DNA of 64,000 bases from Bacteroidales bacterium (GCA_045600045.1 JAZRXD010000051.1:18740-82739); one strand, 5' to 3'. Counted from the stretch's first letter, positions 30,801-41,700 are shown. Notes: generated by a model not told the origin, from the sequence alone. A program made the numbers and translations.

Positions 30801-32464
30801 TCGATACCACAGGAAACTACAACTTGAAATTCATTGTAATGTATGGTGAACAACACAACATTACATCGAAGGAACAAGATATGGATATTTATGGTGTTGA
30901 AGGTAAAAATCACGCTATTTGCTACGGCGACACAATTATTTTGAATGCAACCGATGGCGTTGATTCTTATTCATGGAGCACGGGTGAAACAAGCCAGTCA
31001 ATCGTTTTGAATCCGTTAAAAACAACCGAATATGTTTTGGAAATGACGAAGAAATCTGTTGTCCTTCGCGATACAATTGATTTGCGTGTTTCTGTTCCGG
31101 TAAGTTTGCCACAAGATTCGGTGATGTGTGATGGAACTGTTTATGAACTTGTCGCCGAAGGCGATGAATACGAATCGTACAATTGGAACATCGGCAAGAC
31201 AACCAAGTCAATCAAGATTCCTTCGGAAGTTGCTGTTTATTCGGTTGAAACAGTTGATGATTTAGGTTGCGTGAGCCGCGACACGTTTGCTGTAACTAAA
31301 ATCAATTCGTTGCCTCCTTTATTCTTGGGACGTGATACATCTGTTTGCGATAAACAAACACTTACTTTGGATGGTGGCGTAGGTTACGTTTATGAATGGG
31401 GTATCCAAAAAGAATCTGGTTTGGTATCATCGAACGAACAATCTGTTGTTTTGGATTCATCGGCTTACGTTATGTTGAAGATCACTGATGGAAATATGTG
31501 CGAAAGTTTCGATACTATCAACGTTACGTTCACATATCCTTATCCTGAAGAAATAGGTTTGATTACGTTTAACGAATCAAGTAAGAATTTGATTGTTGCT
31601 TGGGAACGCACTGTTGATGTGAATACTGAAAAATATCGTGTTGAACGTCTTGTTGACAATGTTAATTGGGAACAAGTTGGAAACGATGTTCCATTCTATT
31701 CATATGGTATTGTAGTTGATGAAGCTTCTAACTGCGAACAACGTGGTCAATATTATCGTTTGGTAACAACCGACGCTTGTGGCAACGAAGCTTTGAGTGG
31801 CGAATATCGTTCATCATATATGCAACCTATTGTTCATACTGTTGATGGTAAAATTAGTTTGACTTGGTGGACATATCAATCACCTCGCGAAGGTAATGTG
31901 CTTGGTAGTTATTTGTTGCGTGCAAAATCACCTGATGAACCAGCCGACGCCGACGAAATTGTTCCGGGTTACGAAACAATCGACGTTTTCCCAAGTCGTG
32001 ACGACCAAGTTGGTTGGACAGATTCCGAAAATCGTTACAAAACAAACGATATATTCCGTGTTGCTTTTATGCTTGACAAACCGGTGTTTGAGAATGCTTT
32101 TATAAATACGAATGGCGATGTGGTTGCGTACCAAACACAAAAATCTGAATCGGGACCATTTGCTATTGCAATTAGTAATATTGCCGAAGTGGAACGTGTT
32201 TCTATCGATGATACATTCCCAGCTGAAGTTGTTGTGTATCCAACAGTTGTTAAGGATGTAATCAATGTCGTGATTGTTTCCGACAATGTCGAAAACTACA
32301 CTGTTGAAGTTCTTAACGAAGCGGGACAAGTTGTTTCCTCAACCGAAACGGGCGAAGTAACTAACTATTCTATACAAATTCCAGCTCAAGGTTTAACACA
32401 AGGAATGTATAACGTACGTGTTTCATTACCAACAGCTTCGAAAACTGTAAAAGTGTTGAAATAG
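21803..32464 (+). CDS. giant T9SS surface protein, paralog 2 (3553 aa)
   Basis: Signal peptide (MKKFTLFVVSLLFVFGSFAG). Seven Ig-like YCxG..LSATA..LNWYD..APTPST..Y(Y/F)VSQ modules interleaved with PKD-like and Big_2-like domains. Same C-terminal cassette and CTD as paralog 1. Confidence 0.93.
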   Translation: MRMKKFTLFVVSLLFVFGSFAGTIKLTKQEYNGNSYYQGTLKISFSSGVPQIGNVYRLNFTGVTADHFIGELRLDIADVSPYANYWTEMNPQYSILAQNINPCAEVFASSVRLGVTQTGMYPNLGSYVVVIQAWNAIEGVDEVNLSVSGISMVRESDNPTAWFEDFPLSVYDVQIGETSDLSSMISMRGYKDLGKFSSTDGNTYPIWTSDDETIAKVDENGVVIGVGEGTTTIQVKKVLETTVDYIVQNETTGLYEVKYAVGTKLKVTLKHTVNIRKTANIVLPWNEYGTDVEGIGYVGMSDYWQYADKEAVNEALESYATGYSSTWIPTEGDMFSLHISGTANKTGTLELGLVDGRAEVDYWAEMSDFVKDLSVVEGEKFDYTIDLPIKTIKKGDVDLIAPDLVFAFLPSEGSVAGIDKGIEFYLEEHDWTFVPASNYSVSFEEGSSMMLNVGDSQTLTLVLNNLADDGVWTSSNDAVASVVDGMVTGKAAGSAVITYRVQVSDKLSFAATCDVTVNQKGISPMPIVSTDTIIYCIGSEAVALTAEGEGTLNWYDSKKVKLDGVPTPNTTNAGYTTYYVSQTVGTNEESDLANIVVSVLEKLDAPTVDATTKTVCAGTPASFTASGYSNYEWVNASKSVVSTNNTLHQTEMSVGTRTFSVYAIDKYGCKGEATTVTLNLSAAPSISLSGDSEIGVGEVYTVTANSESAIKSYEWMINSIKMEDATSADFSTSFTSAGTIKISVVATDENGCASTTSTMVAVSSANQSPTPIVAKTSYTYCQGTQSETLSATATSGATLKWYDGSLNLLEEAPTPSTLTYGESYYYVSQVVSGMGESSKVEIVVNVTSGPFLSLIAPAAIIQGDSVTFDATAGFQEGTFIWRVNGEEIFTEASSTGKSQLKTKFPELGEYMLTVEQATSGSSCNGFASQVVSVREHPMAYFKQKSYILRVGDTLHIEPEFVSVTDRSNVRYKLCKYNGINISTPNDGTCYVMAPSISNDTLILNFEYYDRGLNTTVSLYDTCAISSYMDETSFDIPEEIHLPTEYYKNFTVKSTIPSYMYDVTWEASTEGLATITGSMDSYTITSLEGVKEGVVFFTGTVKMRDYDQSCTKIIKVLISDTVGVPRPKVASKLINYCVGDPTETLSATTIEGGTLKWARPWGEVLAEAPTPSSGEAREDEYVVSQIVDGEESPTVTVKVVINSIPEIYFYPPTAVYVDSLVYMEVGSYPEGKYLWSTGEKAASVNQTYTTLDPQTITVQATTNAGCVNTATQTIKVKVAPSTTVSFEKYEYTMKVDDTLTISPIFADETISQTNLEPWSSESEIVSFDQENNKIGGLAPGTADVVYTVSFNDSETGAYGDFEKYLTIVVKPTVSEQPTVSKTSYSYCVGAESEALSATASENGILNWYDSENTKLESAPTPSTEVAGTQTYFVSQIVDELKESEKVEITVTVNPNPELTVNYPSTIYVDSTVTLIATTNVDCAFSWTTGTSELEKNTSSTSDVSYSSTGSKSITVQASDEECLTTKDFSINVKNAPSTTLSFVEENYSMYVGDAMTVSPIFSDATISQTNETPWSGNFSFVTVDQTTNEFIGVAEGTENVTYTFDYLDSETGVTGTVTKILSFEIIMPLPNVSENPTVSKKSFIYCVGNEAETLSATASENGTLNWYDSENTRLESAPTPSTEVAGIQSYFVSQTIAGKEESEKVEISISVYANPVITVDNPSVAYIDSTIALSASTNEACKFTWSVGKSSDELVSSSTQTISYATAGIKNIDVAAVSEYCISTQEISIKVKSAPSTTISFIKENYSMYVDDIVTVSPTFSDETISQTNETPWSGEFAYVSVNQSTNVFTGVAEGTEDITYRFDYVDSETGATGTITKTLTFEVALPEPNISEKPTVEQTRYEFCLNGESVVLSAVASENGTLYWYDALGELLESAPVPNTETVGETTYYVSQIVEGYVESGRVEITAVVKANPEVVLDYPAVVYVDSAIAFTASCGIKSVFVWSLGSYTSNLTNESRFRTAFTDAGEYSLGISVTTEEGCSFEVDPMIVKAKFSPEVSFDAESYSVRKDGSITLQPNFNYFDSEIAPEWTVENSSVLSVENGVVTGLNEGTTTVTCSVDYTDEETGISKIYSAQCSVEVVDIDVPKPVVASKTYSYCVGNEAQQLMAYESEDCTLNWYDVDGSKLESAPTPSTEITGTYNYSVSQTLNGFEGDKVVIRVVVNPQPELSLNVASSKVYTNTEIPFEASSTVAGSYMWKVGDMEFSTLKTAKKTFRAVGEFDVSVQVTTDKGCVDSAKVVMTAKPAPIITLGKTSYSLYEGETIELSASIKNFTPTETPVWSVENSTIASVENGVVSGLSVGKTTVSYSTYYFDEETQIGNTYAGTATLIVKENVEELVCALDTLEMYEGESRIVEAEIHSVLLSSNSYHLEASNENLVDVVDKMISARVEGELEIYAISDKNPNLRDTVYLIVNKFIPAKELSMPKQITIKVGRDTTLPATIIPSNATLKNISFMEKDDEIITVLSDGTVVGKAPGTSIATAYTKEGVSAQTLVYVTSNNEDIVKIRLNNGDETVYLKSGEIKTVSCQVSPTTIKANDLRWSVSDTSVVTVSPSGVLTAKKPGGAFMFISYGIKISEQLAVIVTKTVAPTVNFIPSVMMQQPGNPVKVALRDYVSDDSTAFENLKFVFSEDENIAVSFENDSAVFSLKNSEFIGETKITVTAIDDENLKTSRTVKVVVIEKPNEAPSIVMNSVIVPYQKYTQVVIADMAVDDYTPSAALSFRYEEGDNLMVKNVRNTNLRIYAFEEEWSGVDSIHVWFTDGHGAETESYIHVKVLAEDENMAPVISAIPQQMENDTILFPDIDLSQYVTDDYTSPSSIVWTASTSENVAVKITGSHAEITDLNEFWRGAEIITFTAMDQGGLTSSIDVTFFRETKTTEVEEDYGWYGKPMVNIIATRFFGTPDEEFTLIGTYYGTDCSGRWEISGIDELKNPSDLIQILNFDTTGNYNLKFIVMYGEQHNITSKEQDMDIYGVEGKNHAICYGDTIILNATDGVDSYSWSTGETSQSIVLNPLKTTEYVLEMTKKSVVLRDTIDLRVSVPVSLPQDSVMCDGTVYELVAEGDEYESYNWNIGKTTKSIKIPSEVAVYSVETVDDLGCVSRDTFAVTKINSLPPLFLGRDTSVCDKQTLTLDGGVGYVYEWGIQKESGLVSSNEQSVVLDSSAYVMLKITDGNMCESFDTINVTFTYPYPEEIGLITFNESSKNLIVAWERTVDVNTEKYRVERLVDNVNWEQVGNDVPFYSYGIVVDEASNCEQRGQYYRLVTTDACGNEALSGEYRSSYMQPIVHTVDGKISLTWWTYQSPREGNVLGSYLLRAKSPDEPADADEIVPGYETIDVFPSRDDQVGWTDSENRYKTNDIFRVAFMLDKPVFENAFINTNGDVVAYQTQKSESGPFAIAISNIAEVERVSIDDTFPAEVVVYPTVVKDVINVVIVSDNVENYTVEVLNEAGQVVSSTETGEVTNYSIQIPAQGLTQGMYNVRVSLPTASKTVKVLK
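25910..28222 (+). repeat. in-frame tandem repeat of tri-domain modules (unit lengths 777, 777 and 759 nt)
   Basis: Unit starts at 25910 (PTVSEQPTVSKTSYSYC), 26687 (PNVSENPTVSKKSFIYC) and 27464 (PNISEKPTVEQTRYEFC), with long stretches of near-identical DNA between the first two. More diverged units flank it at about 25160-25909 and 28223-28985. Confidence 0.9.
28990..32464 (+). repeat. paralogous C-terminal cassette, copy 2 (boundaries approximate)
   Basis: Colinear with 18003-21518. Examples are VYVTSN(D/N)ED(V/I)VKIRLNNGD, APVISAIPQQ, YPYPEEIG, YRLVTTD(G/A)CGN and KSESGPFAIAISNIAEVE. Confidence 0.8.
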
Positions 32465-32489
32465 CGAGAATTTTTAAGTTATGTGATGT

Positions 32490-32526
32490 ATAGGGTCAGG
32501 TATTAAATCTGACCCTATTTTTTTTG
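32490..32526 (+). terminator. intrinsic terminator
   Basis: Hairpin atagggtcag-gtattaaat-ctgaccctat followed by T8. Confidence 0.88.
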
Positions 32527-32716
32527 ATGGATTTTCAAAAATCCTAAAGATTCAATTTCTGTAATCTGTCACTACAAAACCTTTTTTTTCTGCCATTTGT
32601 AAGTTTTGGGGAGTAGTTAAGTACATTTTACAATTTTTTTGCTAAAATTGCACGCCTGAAAAATCGCTTCCTCATTATGAGAGAATTAAATATGTGTAAA
32701 TAATAAAAATAGGTAT

Positions 32717-35700
32717 ATGAAAAAGATTTTATTAGTTCTAACCACGTTGTTGTTTGCTTTTGCAACATTTGCTGAAGAAGCAAAATACGTCTATTATTCT
32801 TCAGAAAGTAGCGTGATAGTTGGTGTTGGTTCTGGCAATGAAAAACCAAAAGGTGTTGATATTTGGATTTCAATTTATGGTTTTATGGTAGAGGACGCAA
32901 CAGTTTACGCCGAAGGAAATCTTTCTGCCATTGGCGAAGCGACATTAGTTGATGGTAAATATTATCGTTTAGAACTATCAAATAGTAAAGGAACTACTTC
33001 TGGTGAAGTCGTGTATTCTTATACTGGTGGCGGAGCAACTCAATATACTGTACTCGTTGAATTGCACAATGCTGAATTGTTTCTTAATGGGAATCCGGTA
33101 AAGCAAGAAGATATAATTCCTGTTATGATTAATAGGCCTTACGAAGTGTCTGTTCGAGTTGACAATGTTGATTCTGTTACTTGGAGTATAATGCCAAAGG
33201 ATGTGGCGTGTTCAATAACTGAAATGAATGGCGAAACCGATTCTATTGCACAGTTCAAGTTCGAGAAAGAGTACAAAAAAGTTGAATTAATTTGTAACTT
33301 ATGGACTGGCGATGGAGTTTTTGATGTAAGAACTGTATATGTTGCTGCGGTAGATCCTACTAAACCTACTATTGTTGCGGATACAAATTATGTTTGCACT
33401 GATAATGTTTATCAATATATTTCCTTTACGAATTTCGTATCGTTACCCGTGGGTGCTGACGAGTCTTATAAATTAAATTGGTACGATAGAGAAGATGCGC
33501 TAAGGGCTGATGCAACTTCTGATTTCTGGCTTGCAGACTATAAAGAAGAAGAATTTGTGACGAAATACGTATCGTTGTCACGCGATGGAGTTGAGAGTAA
33601 AAAATATCCGGTTGTAATAAACCTTGTTAAACTTCCGAAGTTAGCTGAAAGTAGTATTCTTCAAGCTTGTGTTGGTTCAGAACAAAAATTATCTCTTACT
33701 ATGGATTCCAAAGATCCAGATGAAAATTTTATTTGGTATGAGTATGGATCCGACGAAGTTTTAGGAACAGGCAAAACGTTTGAACCTGAAATTACATCAA
33801 TAGGTGAAAATGTATATTACGAGGTTGAATATAAAAAAGGAGGAGAGAATGGATGCTCGATTAGAGGTTACGTCGATCCAGTTACACTTTATAAGGACAC
33901 GGTAGTAGTTACTTATACCGAAAAATTGGTTCATGGCGCTCACGTGGTAGAACTTGTTGCTGAATCTAATCCACTATATTCTTGTGGTTGGTATTGTCCT
34001 TCTTATAAAAGCATGTGGTCTTCTGGTGAAGATGAATTCGATGAGATCAACGAAGAAATGGGTACTGCTAGAATTAGTTTCACAACACCAGGAACAAAAA
34101 CTATTTCATGCTTAGTTCAGGCTAGCGATGGTTGTTCTATGACCAAAGATGTGAAAATTACAGTCCCAGATTATTCAAATCAATATACATTCCGCGCTGA
34201 TAAAATTGTGTTGCAATCTATCGAAAAGTGGAATATACAGTTATACAACAAAGTTGGCAAACTAGCTGACGTTGACTATAAATTGAAAGTAAGCTATTCA
34301 AATCCTGAAGCTGAGAAATATTTCTATTTCCCTGAAGATTCAAGTTGTGTAAAGGCAGTGTCGCCAAGCGACGAATCGTATTCTGCTACAATCCAAGCCG
34401 TAGATGCTGATTCCGAAGTTTTAGCAACGCTTATCGTTGTTATTCCAGAACACTATACTGCAGTTGTTCAAAAACAAGTAGCAAAAGTCAATCCAGCAGA
34501 AGATGATGGCGAATATCAAAATTGTGTGGCTAAATATGAATTTGAATTGGGAAGTGCCTACAATGTAGATATATTGGTAGAAAGTGACGAAGATGTCGTA
34601 GTTGATCATTTTGAATATGGTGATTTTGATGTTCTCGAAGTGCGAGATGGTCAAATATTCACATTGGCAGAAGGTGGAGAATATTTCAATGCAAGAATGA
34701 GCAACGACTCCGTTATCTCTATGTATGTAAATGTTGTTGCTACGGTTGACAAATGGGCTGTGAATGCCAAAAACGTTGAAATGAATACTGGCACTATATA
34801 TATGATGAGTGTTAAAAACGTATATGGCGACGAAGTTAGCGAGTTTGTTGATTTTGATTTGATTGAAGGCAACGGTTATACTAGTAATTGTAATTTCTAT
34901 GCGGCAGAAGAAGCAGGAACTGCTCAGGTTGTCGCTTCCTACAAAGGTGAAATTATCGATACAATTAATTTTGTTGTCAAACAAGGTCATGAATATCGTT
35001 TTGAACCATCCTTTGAAGATACAATTTTGTTTACTGGCGATTCTTTGAAAGTTTCTATAGTTGACGAAAAGGGAAATACAATTCCGTTTGCTCAAAATGT
35101 TATGTTTGGAGAATCACAATACTCGGAAAACGGAATGTTTTATGCTAACAAAGAAGGTGTGTTCCCTGTTTCAGCTTTCGGATTGGATGAATATGGAAAT
35201 TTTTTCCAAATATCTCCTATGCCTGAAATTACTGTGATAGATCCGTCATCTTTCACAATAAATGAAACAGAAATAAACGTTTCTCTTTTTGGTTATGAAG
35301 AATTTTATTGTGAGTATTTTGGGAAATATGGTTCTTTAATAAAGGAACGTATAACTTTTGCGTTGGATAATACCGATAAACCAGTAGCTTGGCCAGATGA
35401 AGAAGAAATAAACCAAGGAGAGGTTTATTATCAATTTTATTATGGATATCTTGGTATAAACGTTGGCTCCGATACTTTGCGAATTTCTGTTGGTGGTAGA
35501 CAACTTTTTGCTGTTCCGGTTACGGTTTATGAGGCATTTAGTCTTGAGCCAACTGAAGTGAAGAATATGCATGTTGGCGAAGAAATTGATTTTTCATGCA
35601 AATATGATGGCGAAGAACTTGGTTCTTCCGTTGTCTCATGGATAGCTGAAGCTCCAATGTCTCCAATCGATGATAATCCACCAATGCCATGTGCTCATTT

Positions 35701-38700
35701 TGAAGATGGTACTTTATATGCCGATGCGGAGGGCTCGGTTAATATTGTGGCAATAATTAGCAATGCGCCAGTTCTAATTGATGGAGAACTAAAAGAAGGC
35801 AACCATATTATTCAAGGACCAAAGGTTACAATTACTCAACCTTCATACTATTTATATTTAGCGTCGGGAACAGAAGATTTGACGGTAAACAAAGATACGG
35901 CAACGTACTATGTTTATGATATGAATAGTGACCCAGAGCATGGTGAACCAGCACAAATAGCTTTATTCGATGTTGAACAAAACTTTAATGAATTTGCTCA
36001 AATCCAATGGAGTTTCACCGATGATTTAAAAGGAATAAAAGTGTGGGCTACCGGTAATGCTTCGTTAACGGGTATGATGAGATTTTCGGTATTAGAGGGA
36101 GATGAAATTATTGAAAATGCAGTCAATAAAAAAGTTAAAGCTACATATAGTGGAATTAATTATGAAGTTGCTTCTATAATGTTCATGTCATTGGATTACA
36201 ACAATCAGGAATTGTATGATGTCTATCCTGAACCATTCCCTGCTGATTATGAAATAATGGTTGAAGATTCTTCTGTTGTTTCGTTTAAAGAAGGTATGGT
36301 TACTGCTTTGGATTATGGACATACACGCATAAATGTAACAAACCAATATGGTCTTGTTGCATATACCGATGTGTATGTAGTGAGCGATATTTTTATGTTG
36401 TATGGTCCTAAAATTTTATATGCCGATGGAAATCCATGTAATGAAAAATATAGCGTGTCATATTTAGAAGAAACAGAGTATGGCATTGAAGAAAATGAAA
36501 TTGTGGAGGCAAAATTTAGATCATCTGAAGAATCGATTCTTTCTTTTGCTGATGGAGTTGTAACTCCTCTTGACGAAGGCACAGTTCAAGTTTATGCTTA
36601 TATTTCTACGCTTGATGGCGATTTAGTAGTAGCACAAAAATCGGTTACGGTTGTCAAACAAATGAAAGCTCCTGAATTCAGTAACAATATTTCATATTGT
36701 GAAGGTTCCGAGCCAGCAAATGTTAATCCAACATACGACTTTGCAACACTTGTTTGGTACGACAACGATGGTGAGGTTGTAGAACAACCTAAATTCTCGG
36801 AATTGTCTGCAGGTTCTTATGTATATTATGTAAATCAAAAAACGAAGGAAGATTACATTGGCGAGTTAGATCTGAAAGAAAGCGAGAAAGTTGAATTCAA
36901 ATTCGAAGTGCTCGCATATCCAGAGGTTCCTGTTTTGAATATGGAAAGCCAAATCGTTTGCTCCGAAGACGAACTTGAAGCATTTTCAGTAACAAACTAC
37001 GACAAAACTGTTTTCATTAACTGGTTAGTTAATGGCGAATATGTTAAAGACAATAAATCGGAAGAAAATACTTATATGCCTGTTCGCATGGACGGTCAAA
37101 TGTCTGTTCAAGCTGCGGTAGAATTGAATGGCTGTGTTAGTTATTCTAAAACAGCTTCGGTTGTTGTAAATAAAATTGAAGTTCCACAAATAGAATTCGA
37201 AGCTGGTATAAATGAATTTTATGTTGGTGAAGAATTTTCTATTTCAGCAACAAATATCGACGAAACAGAATATGACGTAAAATGGATTATAAACGACAAC
37301 GAATACGAAGGCTCAAAAGTTAGTGTCGCATTTAATGATGCAGCTCGTTACGATTTTGCCTGCTTCGCAGCCAATAAAACTACTGGTTGTGTTGGTGAAA
37401 CCGACAGTGCGGTTGTTGTGAAAGCATACGAACAAATGGAACTACCGGGTGTTGAACCAGAATTCCAATCAATCTCATATTGTGAAGGTGACCTAGTTGA
37501 ATTCCCTGTTTGGACAACTTATGATTTTGCAATATTAAAATGGTATGATGAAAAAGGTAATGAGATTTCAGGTCAAGTTTCAGCTGTTTTGCCAGTCGGT
37601 GATCATAAAGTTTTTGTGAGCCAAGCTCCAAATAAAAAGTACGAAGGATATTTAATAGAAAGTGAAAAAGTTGAGATTTTGGTTATCGTTCATCCTCATC
37701 CTGACGAACCTTTGTTGAACACTTATGAACAGAAAGTTTGCTCCGAATCGGACATCTTACCATTCGAAGTTACTAACAAATCTGATGACGTAGATTATCA
37801 ATGGTATGTAAATAAAGGCTATGTAACTTCGGGTACGACAACGTTTTTGCCTAACTTAACGAGCGAAGTATTAAATATTAAAGTATGTGCTGTTAGTAAT
37901 GGTTGTCCGATTTCTTCACAAATTGCTGTAGTTGAAGCTGTCGCTGCGGTAACTCCACAAATCATATTCGCAAAGGGTTCAAACGAAGTTCTTGTTGGCG
38001 AAACTGTTGATTTGTCAGTTCCTGGTGTTGATGATAACAACTATGATATAGAATGGTTAATTAACGAAACGAAATATACTGGTGCTAAGATTTCGGTAAC
38101 ATTTAAAGATGCAGGCACCTACAATGTTGTCTGCTATGCTTCCGAAAAAACTACTGGTTGTCAAGGTCAAGCAGAGGAAAAAGTTATTGTTGATTTCAAC
38201 GGACAAATTTCTGCTCCATACGTAAAATCTCCTGAAAACGTAGTTTGTTTGACTGCTGGCAGTGCTGTATTTATGGATATTTTTGCTGCTCCAACTTCGG
38301 AATTGGCAGAATTAAAGTGGTACGATGAAACAGGCAATGCATTGGAAAAAACACCTGAGGTTTCACAACTTGGAACAACTACTTATTATGTAAGTCAAGT
38401 AATCAAAGGTGAAAAACCTATCGAAAGCGAGAAAGTGAAAGTTTCGGTTTCTACATATTATGTTCCAACTCCAACTTTGAATATGTACGACCAAAAATTG
38501 TGCGATTCTAAGGAAATTGCTCCGTTTGTTGCTTCATCGAACTATCAAGTTAAATGGTATCAAAACGGACTGGAAGTAGCTACGGGTTCGGTATATTCTC
38601 CAATACTTTCCGATGCTGCTAAATCAGAATATAATGTTGTTGCATACGATGAAAAGACAGGTTGTCAAAGTGATGTTGTAACAACTACGGTTACATTCGG

Positions 38701-41700
38701 TACTCCTGTTGTTCCTGAAATTATTTTTGCAAACGAAAAATTACAAATTGCAAAAGGTGAACCTGTTGAAATGTCTGCAAACATCGATACTGAATCTTAC
38801 GCAATCGTTTGGATTGTAAATGGTCAAAAATTGCAAGGCGAAACAGTTACAGTTGGTTTCGATGAAGCTGGTTCTTACGATGTAGTTTGTCAATCAATCC
38901 AAAAAAATACTGGCTGTTCCGCTGAAAAAACAGCAACAATCACGGTTGAAGAAAGTGTGGTTCCTGTAACTTCTATTGCAATTGATGCTGAATCTCTTGA
39001 AATGTATGTCGGTAACAAACAAACACTTGCTGTTTCTGTTGTCCCTTCATTCGCTACCGACCAAACATACACCATGACGGTTGAAAATTCCGCCATAGCA
39101 GAAATTCGCGGTAATACGGTTTATGCTTTGGCTGCAGGAACAACATTGGTGAATGTTGTGTCGAACGAAAATCCTGAAGTTTCCACTTCAATTGAATTGA
39201 ACGTGAAAGATGGTTATGTTCCTGTAACTGAAATCGACGCTCCTAAATATGTTGTCTTGGTTCCTGGTGAAGTAAGAAATTTGGATGTTAAAGTTTATCC
39301 TCAAAATGCTACAAACAAAGAATTGACTTATAAAGCTGGTAGCTCATTGTATGAAGTAGATAGTGAAGGTACGATTACCGCTTCGGAAATAAATGAGGGT
39401 TTTGCTGAAATGACAATTTCTTCAAAAGATGGTGTTGCTGCAACAGTTATGGTTTATGTAACATCTTCGGAAGAAGACATTGAAGATTTTGATGCTCCTG
39501 CTGTTGTGGTGGTAAAAGTTGGTGAATCGAAAACAATATCTTATTCGATAGCTACCGTTTCTGCCAAAGTGAACACTGCTAAATTCGTTATGAGCGATTC
39601 AGACATTGCTTTATGCGAAAATGGTGTTGTAACAGGTCTTCAAGCAGGTGAAACTACATTGACACTTACTATAGGCGACATCTCGAAAAATATTTCGGTT
39701 ATAGTCAATAAATCCGATGCTCCAATTCTTAATTTGCCTAAGGAAATTCATATCTCGAACGTTCGTGAAAATTCTGATTTGAAGAGTCTTGAAATTGGAA
39801 CAGCATTGATTCCTATTTCAAAATATATTTCTGATGATAACACTCCATTCGAAAACTTGAAGATAGAGGCTGTATCAAGCGATGAAGCAGTTTCTGTTTC
39901 GATAGATGAAAATGGTAAATTGTTCGTTAATGCCGGCGAATTTATCGGTACAGTTGATGTTACACTTACGGTAACCGATGTTGACGAATTGACTTCTACA
40001 GGTTCTTTCAAATTGATTGTAGAAGAATTAATCAATCAAGCTCCGGTTCTTCTTGTCGATGTAATCAAGGTTAAATACAATCAAAATGTATATGTGAATC
40101 TTTCCGACATCGCTTCCGACGATTACACAGCAGTTGAAGATTTGTTGTTCGAATTCAACGCTGAAAAAGTTGAAGTTGAATTGAAAGGCAATGAATTACG
40201 TTTGAAATCAACAGAACCGACACTTACATCTGATGTGTTGAATGTGAAAGTTACCGATATGTATGGTAAGGTTTTGGATGGAACAATTGCATTGGAAATT
40301 GCTGCTGCTCCAAATCAAGCTCCTGTGATTTCTGCAATTTCTACTCAAGTGGAAACTGATGCAGAACCATTTGTAGCTTTGAATTTGACAAAATATGTTA
40401 CCGATGATTACACATCTCCATCGTCAATTATGTGGTCGGCAACTCAATCAAATAACATTGCAGTTTCGATTGTTGACGGTATTGCAAAACCTATAGTTTT
40501 GAATTCATTTTGGAATGGTGTTGAAGCAATCACATTCACTGCAAAAGATGATGAAGGTTTGACAGATACAGTAGTTGTTTACTATCAACGTACCGTTTCT
40601 CAACAGGATTCTTATATGCCAAAATGGGAAGGCGTTCCAACTGTAACAATCTCAACAATGCGTCAAATTGGTGTGCCGGGCGATGCTTTCGTTTTGATGG
40701 CAAATATTTCAAGTTTCGATTGTTCTTGGGAATGGAATATTCCTGGTGCCAACGGTATTGATCCAACTTCGTTGATGCAAACAATAACATTCGATCAACC
40801 AGGTGTTTATCCTGTTTCGTTGACTGTTACTTCTGCCGATGAAAAATACTCAATCACAGCTGACTTGGCTATTCAATTGACAGTTGTTGGTGTTCAAGAA
40901 CGTAATCTTTCAATTTGCCAAGGTCAATCCGTTGTCTTGTCTGCTTCGGAAGGTTTGACTTCATACTTCTGGTCAACCGATGAGGTTTCTTCTGCAATTA
41001 GTGTACGTCCGGAAACAACAACAACTTATGCAGTAAAAATGAAGAAAGGAATGTTTACAATGACTGATAGCGTTGTTGTAACAGTTTCAGTTCCTGTTTC
41101 GTTGATTGAAGATTCTGTAATGTGTGCTGGAACAACTTATGAACTTGAAGCTCAAGGTGATTATGTATCGTATTACTGGAATACAAATTCTCAGGAAAGA
41201 TCAATCGTGATTCCTGCCGAGGTTGCAGAATACTCGGTATTTGCAATTGATGAAATGCGTTGTGCAAGTGTTGACACATTTAATGTGACGAAGGTTAATG
41301 AATTGCCAACAATTGATTTGGGTGAAGATCAAACTCCTTGCGATGGCGAAACCGTAACACTTGACGCTGGTGCTGGTTTCGACTATTTGTGGAGCAATGG
41401 TTCAACTGAACAACAAGTTGCTTTGACAGGTTCTACTAACACAATGTGGGTCCGCATTATCGACGAAAATAAATGTATAAACTCCGATACAGTAACAGTT
41501 GCATTCAAGTATCCATACGCGGAACAAATCGGTGTTGCAACATTCAGTGAAACAACTAATCATGTGATTTTAGCTTGGGAAAAGACAGTTGATGTAAATA
41601 CTGTTAAATATAGAATCGAACGCGAAACCGGTGTAACCGACAATTGGGAACAAGTTGGCGAAGATGTTCTATTCAGCGAACCAGGTATAGTTGTAGATGA

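Noticed and set aside
15752-32716. Phase-variation or diversity-generating mechanism for the giants (invertible promoters, DGR template repeats)
   Set aside because: By eye I found no long inverted repeats bracketing the three leaders. The window has no recombinase or reverse transcriptase, and no near-identical template/variable repeat pair. A computational inverted-repeat scan would be needed to be sure.
34421-35095. 224-aa antisense ORF inside giant paralog 3
   Set aside because: It lies wholly within a much longer, well-supported sense ORF. Its low-complexity Ile/Phe/Asn-rich translation is typical of the reverse strand of AT-rich coding DNA, and it has no recognisable motif.
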